The position numbers and the translations under genes are program-made. A stretch of 64,000 bases of DNA. Source: Ignisphaera sp. (GTDB taxonomy: Archaea; Thermoproteota; Thermoprotei_A; Sulfolobales; Ignisphaeraceae). The DNA lies in assembly GCA_038821645.1 (NCBI GenBank), contig JAWBDT010000001.1, forward strand, positions 81,712 to 145,711, given 5' to 3'. The notes under the pieces were generated by a model. It ran no database searches, had not been told where the DNA came from, and was given only the letters and a program-made list of their open reading frames with translations. Shown here one piece after another: positions 10,553-21,164 of the stretch. Position 1 is the stretch's first letter, and each line of letters opens with the position of its first letter.

Positions 10553-12436
10553 CTATGTAGCAAGTTCCTCTACTTCTCTTGATAGATCTCTTCTTAAACT
10601 AAATTCTGCAACTCTTCCACTATTCCATGCTTTAACTGGTCTATAATATCCCACTATCCTGCTCCATAAATCCATAGGTGCTCCACAATTTGAGCATCTA
10701 GTTACTCTACCTATAGATCTATGTCCACATGAAGGACATACAGCTACTGTGGGTGTTATAGACATATAGACTATGTCTGTTTCTCTAAGAGTTCTTGTAA
10801 CAAATCTAGCTACAGTTTCAGGCGGAAGTTCTTTATCTACAAATATGTGCTTAATTACGCCACCTGTAAAGAGTTTCTGACACTGAGATTCTATCTCTAG
10901 CTGATGTCTGAGATGTAGAGTTGTGTAAGGTGGTGTAAGCTGATTTGTATAGAAGGGGGTCTTTCTTCCATCAACTTCACCTACAGGTATATATATAGAG
11001 AGATCTTCAGATCGAGTAAGCTCTTTAGCAAAGGATACATCTTTCCAAGCGAGTTTGACTCCTAGTGTTTCTCCTGGTACTTCTTCAACATTGTATAACA
11101 CTTCATCTTCTTCTTCAAACTCCTGAAGCCTCTTGCTTATGTATCTAAGTATGTCACTATACAACTTAATAACCTTGGGTATATCAGAAGGCTGCATCTT
11201 TAGCCAGAGGAACGGGTTCCCCATCATTATAGATGCATATTCTGCCATGCCTATAACACCAATTGTGTTGTAGTAGAACTTGAATGGATCAGTAGGATCT
11301 ATGTATTCTTTAGTCATTGGATACATACCTTCTGCAAATAGTTTTTGATATCTAGCTCTAAACCACATAAGGGTTTCTCTACCAATCTCTAGTAACTCAT
11401 CAAGTTTATCGTACATTCTCCTTTCATCTGATATTCTAGCAATCATGGCCAGTCTTGGTAAGTTGATTACGACGACATTTATGGATCCAACTGATGGAGG
11501 CATATCCCACACACCTTTAGCTTGGTGTAGAATTTCTCTAACTCTACCCATATCGCTCAACAATCTACAGCAGAAGCTGAATAGGTCTTCAGCTTTGTGG
11601 CGATAACCGTTTAGGAAATACATTTGCCCGACTTTGGCAACCATACCCCAGAAGCTTTTTCCTAGATCCTCATCACTACTAAGTATCTTCTCCATATCGT
11701 TATTCATTATTGCTGTCGGTATAGGGAATGTGAATGGTTGATGGAGAGCATCTCCTTCAGCAAACACTTCTGTAAATGCTTTTAAGACCATTTTAGCTTC
11801 ATCGATATAGTTCTCGTAGGTATCTAAAACAAATCTAAACTTTTGTTCCGGTAAAGGTACTGGTTGACTTCTATAAAATTTATTACTTATAGCGAAAACA
11901 ACATTTGAGAAAGGACTTTGACCAGCTTTTAATGGGTAGTTCATGTTGAAGATGAAACGCTGAATGTTTTGTTTAACAGCTCTATAGTCGAGTTTGTCTC
12001 TTCTTATGAATGGAGCTAGAGTTACATCAATTCCATAAAGACCTATAGCACCTGTTCTCTCCTGGCTAAAGATGTAGGCAGCATTCATAACTTGATCTAC
12101 AGCAGAATCTAGGTGCCTTGGTGGTCTAGAAGCAACCGTAGGGGTTTTGAGACCTCTTTCCACAATAGGTTTAGAGTCTATTCCACCACAATAAGGCTTA
12201 ACTATAGATCCATCTCTAATCTTATATATATAGATCCATCCATCTTCATGAAGCCTAAGCGAATCCATTGGCAGAAGCCTTAGTGTCTCCTCATAGAGAG
12301 CTGAACCTAGGACATGGCTCAGCAAACCGGTTACAGCTTTAGGTACATTAGCATTATCTTTTACAGCCCATTCATAACTACTTAAATACTCTTCAATAGC
12401 GGAACTTTCAAGTTTTTGTAATACCATGATAATCAT
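10553..12436 (-). CDS. nrdD: Anaerobic (class III) ribonucleoside-triphosphate reductase, no ATP cone
   Basis: Glycyl-radical loop SRIVGYYRPV, C-terminal CPSC..CSNC Zn site, finger loop FCCRL, INLPRLA, PFTFPIPT. Confidence 0.93.
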   Translation of the reverse strand: MIIMVLQKLESSAIEEYLSSYEWAVKDNANVPKAVTGLLSHVLGSALYEETLRLLPMDSLRLHEDGWIYIYKIRDGSIVKPYCGGIDSKPIVERGLKTPTVASRPPRHLDSAVDQVMNAAYIFSQERTGAIGLYGIDVTLAPFIRRDKLDYRAVKQNIQRFIFNMNYPLKAGQSPFSNVVFAISNKFYRSQPVPLPEQKFRFVLDTYENYIDEAKMVLKAFTEVFAEGDALHQPFTFPIPTAIMNNDMEKILSSDEDLGKSFWGMVAKVGQMYFLNGYRHKAEDLFSFCCRLLSDMGRVREILHQAKGVWDMPPSVGSINVVVINLPRLAMIARISDERRMYDKLDELLEIGRETLMWFRARYQKLFAEGMYPMTKEYIDPTDPFKFYYNTIGVIGMAEYASIMMGNPFLWLKMQPSDIPKVIKLYSDILRYISKRLQEFEEEDEVLYNVEEVPGETLGVKLAWKDVSFAKELTRSEDLSIYIPVGEVDGRKTPFYTNQLTPPYTTLHLRHQLEIESQCQKLFTGGVIKHIFVDKELPPETVARFVTRTLRETDIVYMSITPTVAVCPSCGHRSIGRVTRCSNCGAPMDLWSRIVGYYRPVKAWNSGRVAEFSLRRDLSREVEELAT

Positions 12437-12824
12437 CCTGTGGTAAATATATCTAGTGTGAAACCTAGTTATACATCCTTACGCTGAATTATATCCAGAG
12501 AGAGTTAGCTGAAAATAATATTACACAGAAAATACTTTTGTAATACCTATGCTATTTAATTGGCTTTATCCATAAACAAAGCTTTTGTAGTGTATGTACT
12601 TAAGGACTCGAGACTTATTCTAATTCTCCAGTAGCCTCACTACCTTAGTTAATCTCGCTAAGAGTTTATTCAATAATTTCAATGTTTTCATCAATGTATT
12701 TACAACTTTACTACTGCTTTAACTCTAGAGCATCTGTACTGTGGAATGGTATAGACATTAGTCTATAAAGATTTTCATATATTTTTAAAAGTTGATTATA
12801 TGTAGGAAGTCTCTGGTATAGGTT

Positions 12825-13097
12825 ATGAGCTTTACAGAATATGTAGTCGAGTTCATATTGATAGTCTATCTTTTTTCTGCTATAATGTTTTTAATTAGAA
12901 TTGTTAGAGGACCAACTATATTTGATAGAATTGTTGCTGTAGATGCTTTAAGTTATGATCTTACTGTATTTATGGCGTTGATAGCTTTCTATGTAAATAG
13001 ACCTTTAGTAGCTACACCTATGATGCTCATAGCTCTTTGGGCTTACGCTCTAGATGTATGTATATCTAGAGCTTTGAGACATAGAGATATGGGTTGA
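12825..13097 (+). CDS. mnhF: Mrp/Mnh antiporter subunit F
   Basis: RIVRGPTIFDRIVAVD motif, 3 TM. Confidence 0.9.
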   Translation: MSFTEYVVEFILIVYLFSAIMFLIRIVRGPTIFDRIVAVDALSYDLTVFMALIAFYVNRPLVATPMMLIALWAYALDVCISRALRHRDMG

Positions 13098-13102
13098 TAT
13101 AG

Positions 13103-13474
13103 ATGCTACAGCTATTTGTAGAAGCAGTTGAGCTTGTAGGTATTGTTCTTTTACTTATCGGAGGATTCTTTGAGCTTACTGGAGCTATAGGTGTACTCAG
13201 ATTACCTAACTTTTTTTCAAGAATTCATGCAGCTACAGCTTCAGCTATAGGTGGAACTGTAGTTCCTTTGATTGGTTTAGCTCTAGTTGCTCTAGCTCAG
13301 ATCGAAATGGGTTGGGAGAGAGTGTATCTAGCATCACTATGTATTGTTTCAGCCATACTGATACTACTGGTAGCACCAGCAGGTAGTCAAGCTCTTATGA
13401 GGGCAGCATATATGTCTAGATACAGAGAGATAGAAGATGATGAGGCTGAAGCTACAGAGAGGGAGTATAGATGA
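13103..13474 (+). CDS. mnhG: Mrp/Mnh antiporter subunit G
   Basis: GAIGVLRLPNFFSRIHAAT; P..S.ALMRAAY. Confidence 0.9.
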   Translation: MLQLFVEAVELVGIVLLLIGGFFELTGAIGVLRLPNFFSRIHAATASAIGGTVVPLIGLALVALAQIEMGWERVYLASLCIVSAILILLVAPAGSQALMRAAYMSRYREIEDDEAEATEREYR

Positions 13475-13719
13475 TACTGCCTCTCTTAGTTGTATTAATA
13501 GCTTCGTTTTTCTCGGTAGTCGCAGCATATCTAACTGTTGTCGAAAAAGATCTTTTGACGGCTGTAGTTTACTTATCTCTTCTAGGTGTATGCTATACAA
13601 TCATATACTATGTACTTATGGCTCCTGATATAGCTCTAGCCTACATCCCTATATCTACAGTCATTTTACCGGTTGTATTGATAATTGTGTTGAGAAAGAC
13701 CAAGAGGTATGAAGAATGA
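13471..13719 (+). CDS. MbhD-like/MrpA C-terminal small subunit (DUF4040)
   Basis: KDLLTAVV and APDIALA motifs, 3 TM; ATGA overlap. Confidence 0.8.
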   Translation: MILPLLVVLIASFFSVVAAYLTVVEKDLLTAVVYLSLLGVCYTIIYYVLMAPDIALAYIPISTVILPVVLIIVLRKTKRYEE

Positions 13720-14540
13720 CTAAGGTTAGTAGAAGGATGAGAAATCTGGTTGTAGCGATATCGCTAGGGATTTTCGCGATATCTCTTGGAGTAGCTCTTA
13801 GTGTAGGACATTTAGGTATTCTACCAGCTAGAGAGTTGAGGAAGCTTGCTCAAAACATTTTAATCAATACCTATAATCCATGGAATCAAACACTAACTTC
13901 ATATTCATTAAATGCTGTTTCAGCTATTATATGGGATTACAGAGGTATAGATACAGTATTTGAAACAATGGTGCTTTTTGCTGCTGTTGTAGGTGTTTCA
14001 CTTCTGTTTCGTGATGTTCATAAAGAAAAGGTGAAGAATCGTGTAATGCCGTTTACCATCAAAATCTCTACACAATTGATAGTACTAGTTACTATAGTAA
14101 TTGCTTTATCGTTAGCTGTTCACGGTCATTTAACACCTGGAGGGGGGTTTCAAGCGGGAGCTGTTATAGCTACAGCTATAGCTTTAAGCATAATCGTTTT
14201 CTCTCTAGATGTTCTACATAGAATAGGTTTATCAACTAAATTTCTTCTAGGAATACGGTTAGTATCTTTATTGCTCATACTATTCACAGCTTTACTACCT
14301 CTATTCACATTGTTAATAACTAATACTTGGGCATATATCATGCAGAATCAAGTAAAAACTGACTCACAATTCTCTATGCCAAATATGTTTCTAAATACTC
14401 CTTTAGCGGGATCGATATTTCTCTTCAATTTATTTGAATTTGCAGCAGTAGCTACAGCATTCTCATATGTATTGATACTCTTTGTTATGTATAGAGAAAA
14501 AAGACATGCCATAGACAAGTTGAAGGAGGATATCAATTGA
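13716..14540 (+). CDS. mnhB: Mrp/Mnh subunit B (MbhE+MbhF-like fusion)
   Basis: NAVSAIIWDYRGIDTVFE followed by HGHLTPGGGFQAG. Confidence 0.88.
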   Translation: MTKVSRRMRNLVVAISLGIFAISLGVALSVGHLGILPARELRKLAQNILINTYNPWNQTLTSYSLNAVSAIIWDYRGIDTVFETMVLFAAVVGVSLLFRDVHKEKVKNRVMPFTIKISTQLIVLVTIVIALSLAVHGHLTPGGGFQAGAVIATAIALSIIVFSLDVLHRIGLSTKFLLGIRLVSLLLILFTALLPLFTLLITNTWAYIMQNQVKTDSQFSMPNMFLNTPLAGSIFLFNLFEFAAVATAFSYVLILFVMYREKRHAIDKLKEDIN

Positions 14541-14959
14541 CGCAAGAACTTCTATCCATGATTTTCACAATCGCCGTAGTAGCATTTGTGGTCAATATAG
14601 TTGTGGCGTCTTATGGTATATTTGCTAGACATTCTGTATTGAAGAAAATTATGTCGCTCGTTATATTCTCTGATTCTATAAATATTCTTGCTATATCGCT
14701 TGGTTATAGAGTTGTCGAAAGAGGCTATCCTTCACCTCCAATAATCAGTATAAAGCCTCAGAATCCAGAGGATCTAGGTGTTGTAGTATCTTCTGCTGTA
14801 GATCCACTTCCTCAAGCATTTGTCTTAACAGCTATAGTTATAGGTCTCTCTATCACGATATTTCTCCTCGGATTATCCGTGCTATACTATAGCTATTTTG
14901 GAACAGACGATATAAGGGTTTCTCTTAAGGAGAAAGAAGATGAAGAGGATATGGAATAA
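14537..14959 (+). CDS. mnhC: Mrp/Mnh subunit C
   Basis: DPLPQAFVLTAIVIG; TTG start overlapping the upstream TGA. Confidence 0.92.
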   Translation: MTQELLSMIFTIAVVAFVVNIVVASYGIFARHSVLKKIMSLVIFSDSINILAISLGYRVVERGYPSPPIISIKPQNPEDLGVVVSSAVDPLPQAFVLTAIVIGLSITIFLLGLSVLYYSYFGTDDIRVSLKEKEDEEDME

Positions 14960-15443
14960 GATTGTTATCTCTATCTTTGTATTCATTCTATACATAGCAT
15001 TTACAGGATTTGCTACAGAATTGACTATCATTTCAGGACTAGTACTTTCAATTACTGTAGCTATAGCTACTGAAGCAAAGCTTATCGAAAGAGAGCTGAA
15101 TATTAATGATATAGCTAGGCTACTCTATCTCTTCAAATACTTGCTAAGATTCATCGTCATAGAGCTTAAAGAACATATAGAGATAGCTAAAATAGTATTT
15201 AGCAGAAAGGTAAAACTCGAACCTAAGGTAGTAAAGATACCTATTGATCTTAGATCTAGCTATGGTATAGCTTTCTTGGCATCAACAATCACAAATACTC
15301 CAGGAACAATAGTAATACATATTGATAGTAATAGAGGGAATCTATATATACATTGGCTTACTCCAAAATCTGAAGATCTTAGTGAAGTGAAGAAAATTAT
15401 TGTTGGAGATCTTGAGAACATTATAAAGAAAATATTTGAGTGA
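14940..15443 (+). CDS. mnhE: Mrp/Mnh subunit E
   Basis: LASTITNTPGT..LYIHWL motif. Confidence 0.9.
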   Translation: MKRIWNKIVISIFVFILYIAFTGFATELTIISGLVLSITVAIATEAKLIERELNINDIARLLYLFKYLLRFIVIELKEHIEIAKIVFSRKVKLEPKVVKIPIDLRSSYGIAFLASTITNTPGTIVIHIDSNRGNLYIHWLTPKSEDLSEVKKIIVGDLENIIKKIFE

Positions 15444-15449
15444 AGAGCT

Positions 15450-17012
15450 ATGGCTATGGCTATTGAGGTAGGGGTTATATCGCTCCTATACCTGATTTCA
15501 TCAGTAATTATTGCTCTTCTGCACACGATTTCAGTTAGAGAAAGATTAATTGATTTAATAGCAGCTACTTTAGCATTAATTGGTTTGCTACTCAATATAA
15601 AGATCTTCATGTACGTAAATTCCATAGGTTTACTAGTTTATAGATTTGGTGGATTTCCACCACCGTTGGGCGTAATCTATGTAGTAGATGGTATTAGCTG
15701 TATATTAGCTCTGCTAGCCTCTTTTGCATTACTTCTATCGCTCTTGTTTTCAATTCAATTCATAGAACCAAATGTAAAGGCTCTATACTATGTTCTAGCA
15801 TTTCTACTTACTTCAGGTGTGGTTGGATCTCTCTTTACAGGAGACATATTTAATCTCTATGTATCTATAGAGCTTGTAGCTATATCGTCCTACGCTATAA
15901 CTAGTATCCATAAAGATAATCCAAAAGCTATTAGAGCAGCAATAATCTATGGTATTAGTGGAACTATTGTTACATCATTTCTACTTCTAGTTACATTTAT
16001 GGTTTATGGTTCTTATGGAACACTAAATATGGCTGATATAGCTCTAAAAGCTTCTAATATAGAAGCAGAGGTTGTTTTCTCTGGTAATGTTTATGGAGAT
16101 ATAGTTTTCATCTCCAAGATTGTATTAGCATTAGCTACATGGGTTTTTCTTTTTAAATCTGGTATAATGCCTAACCATTTCTGGCTTCCAGAAGTATACA
16201 AAGTTGCACCTCTACCAGCTATAGCCATCTTCACAGCATCAGCTGATATAATCGGTATCTATGGTTTAATTAGATTCTATTACACGATATTCGGTATAGA
16301 TACTCTTGTTAAAGATTTTAGAAATACTCTCCTAATTTTGCTCATGATTATCGGCGGAATGTCTACAATAGTTTCAGCAGCTTTTGTATCTAGACAGAAT
16401 AGTATACGTAAATTAGTGGCATATAGCTCTATATCTCAATTCAGTTTATCTTTACTCGGTGTAACGATAGGCATTGGTGAAGCAATTGGTGGAGTCATTC
16501 TACATTTGATTTCAAATGGGTTAGGAGATATGTCTATAATATTTAGTGCTGCAACTATAAAACGTGTAGCCAGAGGTAAGTGTAGTAATAGATCAATGAT
16601 AATTATTCCATACATAGCTCTAGTTATAGGTTTATTGAATCTCTTTGGAATAATACCTCTTCTACCAGGTTTTTGGAGCAAAACATATCTAGCTATGGGG
16701 TTCGTTAAAGCAGGGTTTCCTCAGGGAGCTGCTATAGTTCTTATATCAACAGGTCTTTGTGCACTAGGATATATGAGGATGATTATCAGATACTTACCTA
16801 GAGCTTCAGATTCGTCTGTATGTATCAATAATAATGGTGTTTCTAGAGAACTTGTGCTACCTTTGACTATATTGATTATCTTAGTAATAGTAACTATTGT
16901 TTTAGGTATTTTTCTCACGGCACATAATTATGTGAGAGATATTTTCGTATCATATGGATATATGGTTATGGATAGCAAAAGATACATAGATATAGTGTTT
17001 TCAGATAGCTAG
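15450..17012 (+). CDS. mnhD: Mrp/Mnh subunit D (antiporter-like, ~14 TM)
   Basis: GGFPPPLG, GDIFNLYVSIE, FKSG..PNHFWLP, LVAYSS. Confidence 0.9.
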   Translation: MAMAIEVGVISLLYLISSVIIALLHTISVRERLIDLIAATLALIGLLLNIKIFMYVNSIGLLVYRFGGFPPPLGVIYVVDGISCILALLASFALLLSLLFSIQFIEPNVKALYYVLAFLLTSGVVGSLFTGDIFNLYVSIELVAISSYAITSIHKDNPKAIRAAIIYGISGTIVTSFLLLVTFMVYGSYGTLNMADIALKASNIEAEVVFSGNVYGDIVFISKIVLALATWVFLFKSGIMPNHFWLPEVYKVAPLPAIAIFTASADIIGIYGLIRFYYTIFGIDTLVKDFRNTLLILLMIIGGMSTIVSAAFVSRQNSIRKLVAYSSISQFSLSLLGVTIGIGEAIGGVILHLISNGLGDMSIIFSAATIKRVARGKCSNRSMIIIPYIALVIGLLNLFGIIPLLPGFWSKTYLAMGFVKAGFPQGAAIVLISTGLCALGYMRMIIRYLPRASDSSVCINNNGVSRELVLPLTILIILVIVTIVLGIFLTAHNYVRDIFVSYGYMVMDSKRYIDIVFSDS

Positions 17013-17069
17013 ACTATAGAGTTAAAAGTTATACATTAAGAGAATTGATGTAGCTAAGAGGTGCAATAA

Positions 17070-18545
17070 ATGATTGACTCAATAGTAATGAGGTTCGTAG
17101 TGCCTATGACGCTGATGCTCATAGGTAATCTATTTATGGCGAGAAGAATTATATATGGATCTATTCTCAGAATATTGAGCTTCCTATCTCTTTCAATAAA
17201 TCTATGGGGAGAAGATCTATTCAATAGCATGCTTGTAGCTACATCCATAGTTATAGGTGTTGTTCTTGCTCTCTATACAACTAGTTATTCGAGATCAAAA
17301 TATGGAACACTAACACTTGTACCTATTATCGATCTACTTCTTCTATCAATATTGTTTACCTTCATATCGAGAAATTTAATAGAATTTGTCACATTTTGGT
17401 TATTAGGTGAATTGCTGGGATTCTTGTTGATAGCTTATGACTATATCTATAAAGGTGATACAATCTCTATGGCAGCCGCAATAAAGTATCTATTGTTCTC
17501 TATGGTTCCAACTGATATATCTATCTTCATACTTCTAGCTATTACAGGTTTAACAGAAGCATTTACAACACCTTTGAAAAGTCTATCACTATTTATTACA
17601 GATCCTATCGTGCTTATACTAATTCTTTTTGGTTTTTTTGCAAAAGCAGCTATATTTCCTTTACATTTCTGGCTACCAGATGCTCATTCAGTAGCTCCAT
17701 CACCAGCTTCAGCAATTCTATCAGGACTCATGGTTAAGATGGGGATATACGCTCTATATATGCTGAGTTTCTACTCCATAGATAGAGCATTATTTAGTTC
17801 TATAGCCTTGTTCTCTGGACTTTTGACAACTCTTTATGGAGCTATGCAAGCATCTTTACAACGTGATATCAAAAGACTTTTAGCCTATAGCACTACATCT
17901 GAAACATCTATAATAGCTGTTCTAATAGCTCTATATGTGATGTCTGGTGACATATTGTTTATAGAAGCATCAACTCTGTATACTGTTGCTCACGCAATAT
18001 ACAAGGTATCGATGTTTATGGATTCTGGATTCATAGAACTTGTAGCTCATGAGAGAGATATTAGAAGGCTTGGATATATATACAGGATTAGCCCTACAGA
18101 ATCTCTTGCTACATTACTATCGATTATGGCTGTTCTAGGGATGCCACCTTCTATAGGATTCTTAGCTAAAGTGTTTATGTTTTCTGCGATTTCGCATAAC
18201 ATTACGTATTCATGGATATATGTAGTTGTTTTAGTTATAGCAGCAGTTAAGGTCTCACTATCCATCGTGTATAACATAATCTATTTCAAGGCCCACATGG
18301 ATCGCAGAGAACCAATGATGACAGGTTTGGGGTTAGGTGATGCTCTTCAGCTACAGAAATACACATTAATGATCTCGATATCCTCTTTCATATTCACCTT
18401 CACTATATATATATTGAACTGTATGAGATATACTGAGCTTATGTTGCTTAGAAAACTTTCCTATCTACTGATAATATCTATGACTATGTTTGTAGCACTA
18501 ATCTATATGCTATATAATCTCATTAGACATAATGTAAGAAGCTGA
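17070..18545 (+). CDS. Second antiporter-like subunit (MrpA/NuoL core type)
   Basis: KAAIFPLHFWLPDAHSVAPSPASAILSGLMVKMG, KRLLAYST, HAIYK. Confidence 0.85.
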   Translation: MIDSIVMRFVVPMTLMLIGNLFMARRIIYGSILRILSFLSLSINLWGEDLFNSMLVATSIVIGVVLALYTTSYSRSKYGTLTLVPIIDLLLLSILFTFISRNLIEFVTFWLLGELLGFLLIAYDYIYKGDTISMAAAIKYLLFSMVPTDISIFILLAITGLTEAFTTPLKSLSLFITDPIVLILILFGFFAKAAIFPLHFWLPDAHSVAPSPASAILSGLMVKMGIYALYMLSFYSIDRALFSSIALFSGLLTTLYGAMQASLQRDIKRLLAYSTTSETSIIAVLIALYVMSGDILFIEASTLYTVAHAIYKVSMFMDSGFIELVAHERDIRRLGYIYRISPTESLATLLSIMAVLGMPPSIGFLAKVFMFSAISHNITYSWIYVVVLVIAAVKVSLSIVYNIIYFKAHMDRREPMMTGLGLGDALQLQKYTLMISISSFIFTFTIYILNCMRYTELMLLRKLSYLLIISMTMFVALIYMLYNLIRHNVRS

Positions 18546-18550
18546 TATCC

Positions 18551-19456
18551 ATGTCGATAAACGAACATGATAAAGTTATGTACTCGATCATAAACTACAT
18601 GAAGATGTATCTAGTTGCTGTAGCGTTATTTGCAACAACAATGGGTCTCTTAGTCAGAAGCTATGTAGCTATAGAAGCAGGGTTTAAGATATCTATTGTT
18701 GTATTGTTTACAATAGCTGTAGAACGCATGATATATACACATAGGGTTGAGATAGTTTCTACAGTATCCATAGTCTCGATAGCGATAACAGCATTTTACT
18801 TCATTCAACACGCTAAAGATTTCATAGGCTTGGTTGCTTATGTAATGTTATCTATAGTGTTCTTAATCATGAATGAGAAAAACGGGAGAAAGATCAACAC
18901 ATTGTTGGATATAGTATCACTAAACATTATGTTATACTATATCGCTACATCATTATTTTTAGTAACTAGAGACTCGTTAACAGTTTTAGAAACACTAACA
19001 ATCATTGCCATAACTACACTATTTGTGGTTAAAACATATTGTATAAAATCTAAAGCTTTCTACAAAGTACATGAATTAAGTAGATATCTAATACATACCC
19101 TTGGTACGAATATCGACAAAATCTTCAATACACTCTCTGAGAAACTTCTTAAGAATAAGCAGAAAACAGAAGCAATCTCAAGAAGATTATCGAATAGTGT
19201 TACAAAAGTTCTACAGAATCTAGCTCATATAGACATACCTTTTATCATTATTGAATTAAAAACTATAGAATATATGATGACAATATCTAAAAAGTTTCTT
19301 GAATTCGAGAAATATATAGAAAATCTATTGATAAAGATATTTTCAGCTTTAGAAAGAATTCAGCATTCTATGGAGCACTCATTTCTATTCTTTGTATTCT
19401 TGATGAGCATATTAATACTCATATCAATGATGTTCTATATATTGTTGCATATCTAA
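18551..19456 (+). CDS. Membrane protein at the end of the Mrp operon (N-terminal TMs, long amphipathic segment, C-terminal TM)
   Basis: 5 bp after the previous stop; hydropathy pattern; no recognised family motif. Confidence 0.6.
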   Translation: MSINEHDKVMYSIINYMKMYLVAVALFATTMGLLVRSYVAIEAGFKISIVVLFTIAVERMIYTHRVEIVSTVSIVSIAITAFYFIQHAKDFIGLVAYVMLSIVFLIMNEKNGRKINTLLDIVSLNIMLYYIATSLFLVTRDSLTVLETLTIIAITTLFVVKTYCIKSKAFYKVHELSRYLIHTLGTNIDKIFNTLSEKLLKNKQKTEAISRRLSNSVTKVLQNLAHIDIPFIIIELKTIEYMMTISKKFLEFEKYIENLLIKIFSALERIQHSMEHSFLFFVFLMSILILISMMFYILLHI

Positions 19457-19883
19457 CCATCTGAATCACAAACATTATCTATTACAAAAGACTTTTTATA
19501 GAATCAAGACATACATAGATACAATGCTTACAGACATATATACAGTAGTGATGCGCTTCATCACATTTAGATATATGTAAGCATCTTCAGAAGAGTGCTA
19601 GGTTTACATCAATTTCTTTTAGATCGATAACTTGTGTCAGAAATACGTCACATATGTTTTTACTGAACATAATAGTATGTTTATAGGGTGTAGTAAGGTT
19701 TGTGGTATCTATCTGATTTGAGTATCTTTTTAGTCTATATCTGAAGTATCGATAGAAGTATCTTTAATGAATTTAAAATACTTTAAAAGATAAATTGCTT
19801 CAAGCTTTACTTGTGCATTTAACTACACTAACTCAAAGTATCTTTAACCTCTGCAGCATAAAGCTAGTGGATAGGTCGTTAAA

Positions 19884-21164
19884 ATGAGTGAACAGTTACA
19901 AGTAGATCTTGTTGTAAAAGAATTCAAAGATATATTCAGATCTAAACATGAAGTTGTTGTTTCTGCACCTGGTAGATTAGATTTCCTCAATACTCATCAA
20001 GATTATAAAGGTTTACCCGTAGTTGCTGTTGGTATAGATCTTAGAACATATGTAGCAATTAGACGAAGTGGAGATAGACTTTTGATTGTAGGTTCTGGTA
20101 ACATGCTTGACGAAGGCTCTAGATATCTGGATATCTTTTCAGTAGATGCTCCAAATCTTATTGATTCACCTAAATGGTTTGGAAATTATGTTCGTGCAGC
20201 AGTTTCAGTACTTAAAGAAGATGGATATAGTATAGATGGTGCAAGAATCTGGATACGTAGCTGGATACCAATGGGTTCTGGATTAGGCAGCAGTGGCACG
20301 TTATTAGTTTCTCTTATTGGTGCTTTCAACGAGTTATTCGGGTTTGGTCTAGATACTAAAGCTATAGCTGAATATGCCTATAGAGCTGAGCACGATATTA
20401 TGGGGATACCTTGTGGAAGATTAGATCAGTATGCAGCAGCTTTTGGAAATATTGTATATATAGAGACTAGACCTCCCTACAATATAGATATACTAAATCT
20501 CTCTGGAGGATTTTTTGCTGTTATTGATACAGGTATTAGGCATAGTACAGCAGAAATTCATCCCAAGAGGCAGAAAGAGATTGAGGAAGGTCTATCTAAA
20601 CTAGTGGATATAGTTCCTAGAGATTTAAAGGAGCTTCTTGGCCTAAGGTATTGGGAGCCTAGGTGGGAGTACCTAGATCTAACTACCTTAATACCATACA
20701 TAAAACTTCTTGACGAAAAACCTAGAGATAGAATACTCTATACACTAAAGTCTCATAGATCTACTATTCTTGCTCTAAAGGCCATAAAGGGAAGAGCTAT
20801 TGATGTTGAAGAGATTTCAGAAACACTTGAAGTGGAGATAAACAGAGCTAGAGAATTATTGAACAAAGGTGTTCTAGATGTTGTTGGTGAAGTTATGACA
20901 TATCAGCATAAGCTCCTTAGCAAACTTTATGATGTGAGTCTACCTCAAATAGATTCTCTAGTTGAGAAACTAATAGAGTTTGGAGCCTTAGGAGCAAAAC
21001 TTTCTGGAGCTGGTTTAGGAGGAGCTGTTATAGCTCTCTTTAGAGATAAAGAGACTGCTGAAAAAGCAGTTAAAAACATTATAGACTCTAGATATGGTGT
21101 ACGTGGATGGATTGTTAAAATAGATAGAGGCCTTACTGTTCATGGTGATGATTATGAGGGATAG
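19884..21164 (+). CDS. galK: Galactokinase (GHMP kinase)
   Basis: APGRLDFLNTHQDY, PMGSGLGSSG, PCGRLDQY, GAKLSGAGLGG. Confidence 0.88.
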   Translation: MSEQLQVDLVVKEFKDIFRSKHEVVVSAPGRLDFLNTHQDYKGLPVVAVGIDLRTYVAIRRSGDRLLIVGSGNMLDEGSRYLDIFSVDAPNLIDSPKWFGNYVRAAVSVLKEDGYSIDGARIWIRSWIPMGSGLGSSGTLLVSLIGAFNELFGFGLDTKAIAEYAYRAEHDIMGIPCGRLDQYAAAFGNIVYIETRPPYNIDILNLSGGFFAVIDTGIRHSTAEIHPKRQKEIEEGLSKLVDIVPRDLKELLGLRYWEPRWEYLDLTTLIPYIKLLDEKPRDRILYTLKSHRSTILALKAIKGRAIDVEEISETLEVEINRARELLNKGVLDVVGEVMTYQHKLLSKLYDVSLPQIDSLVEKLIEFGALGAKLSGAGLGGAVIALFRDKETAEKAVKNIIDSRYGVRGWIVKIDRGLTVHGDDYEG

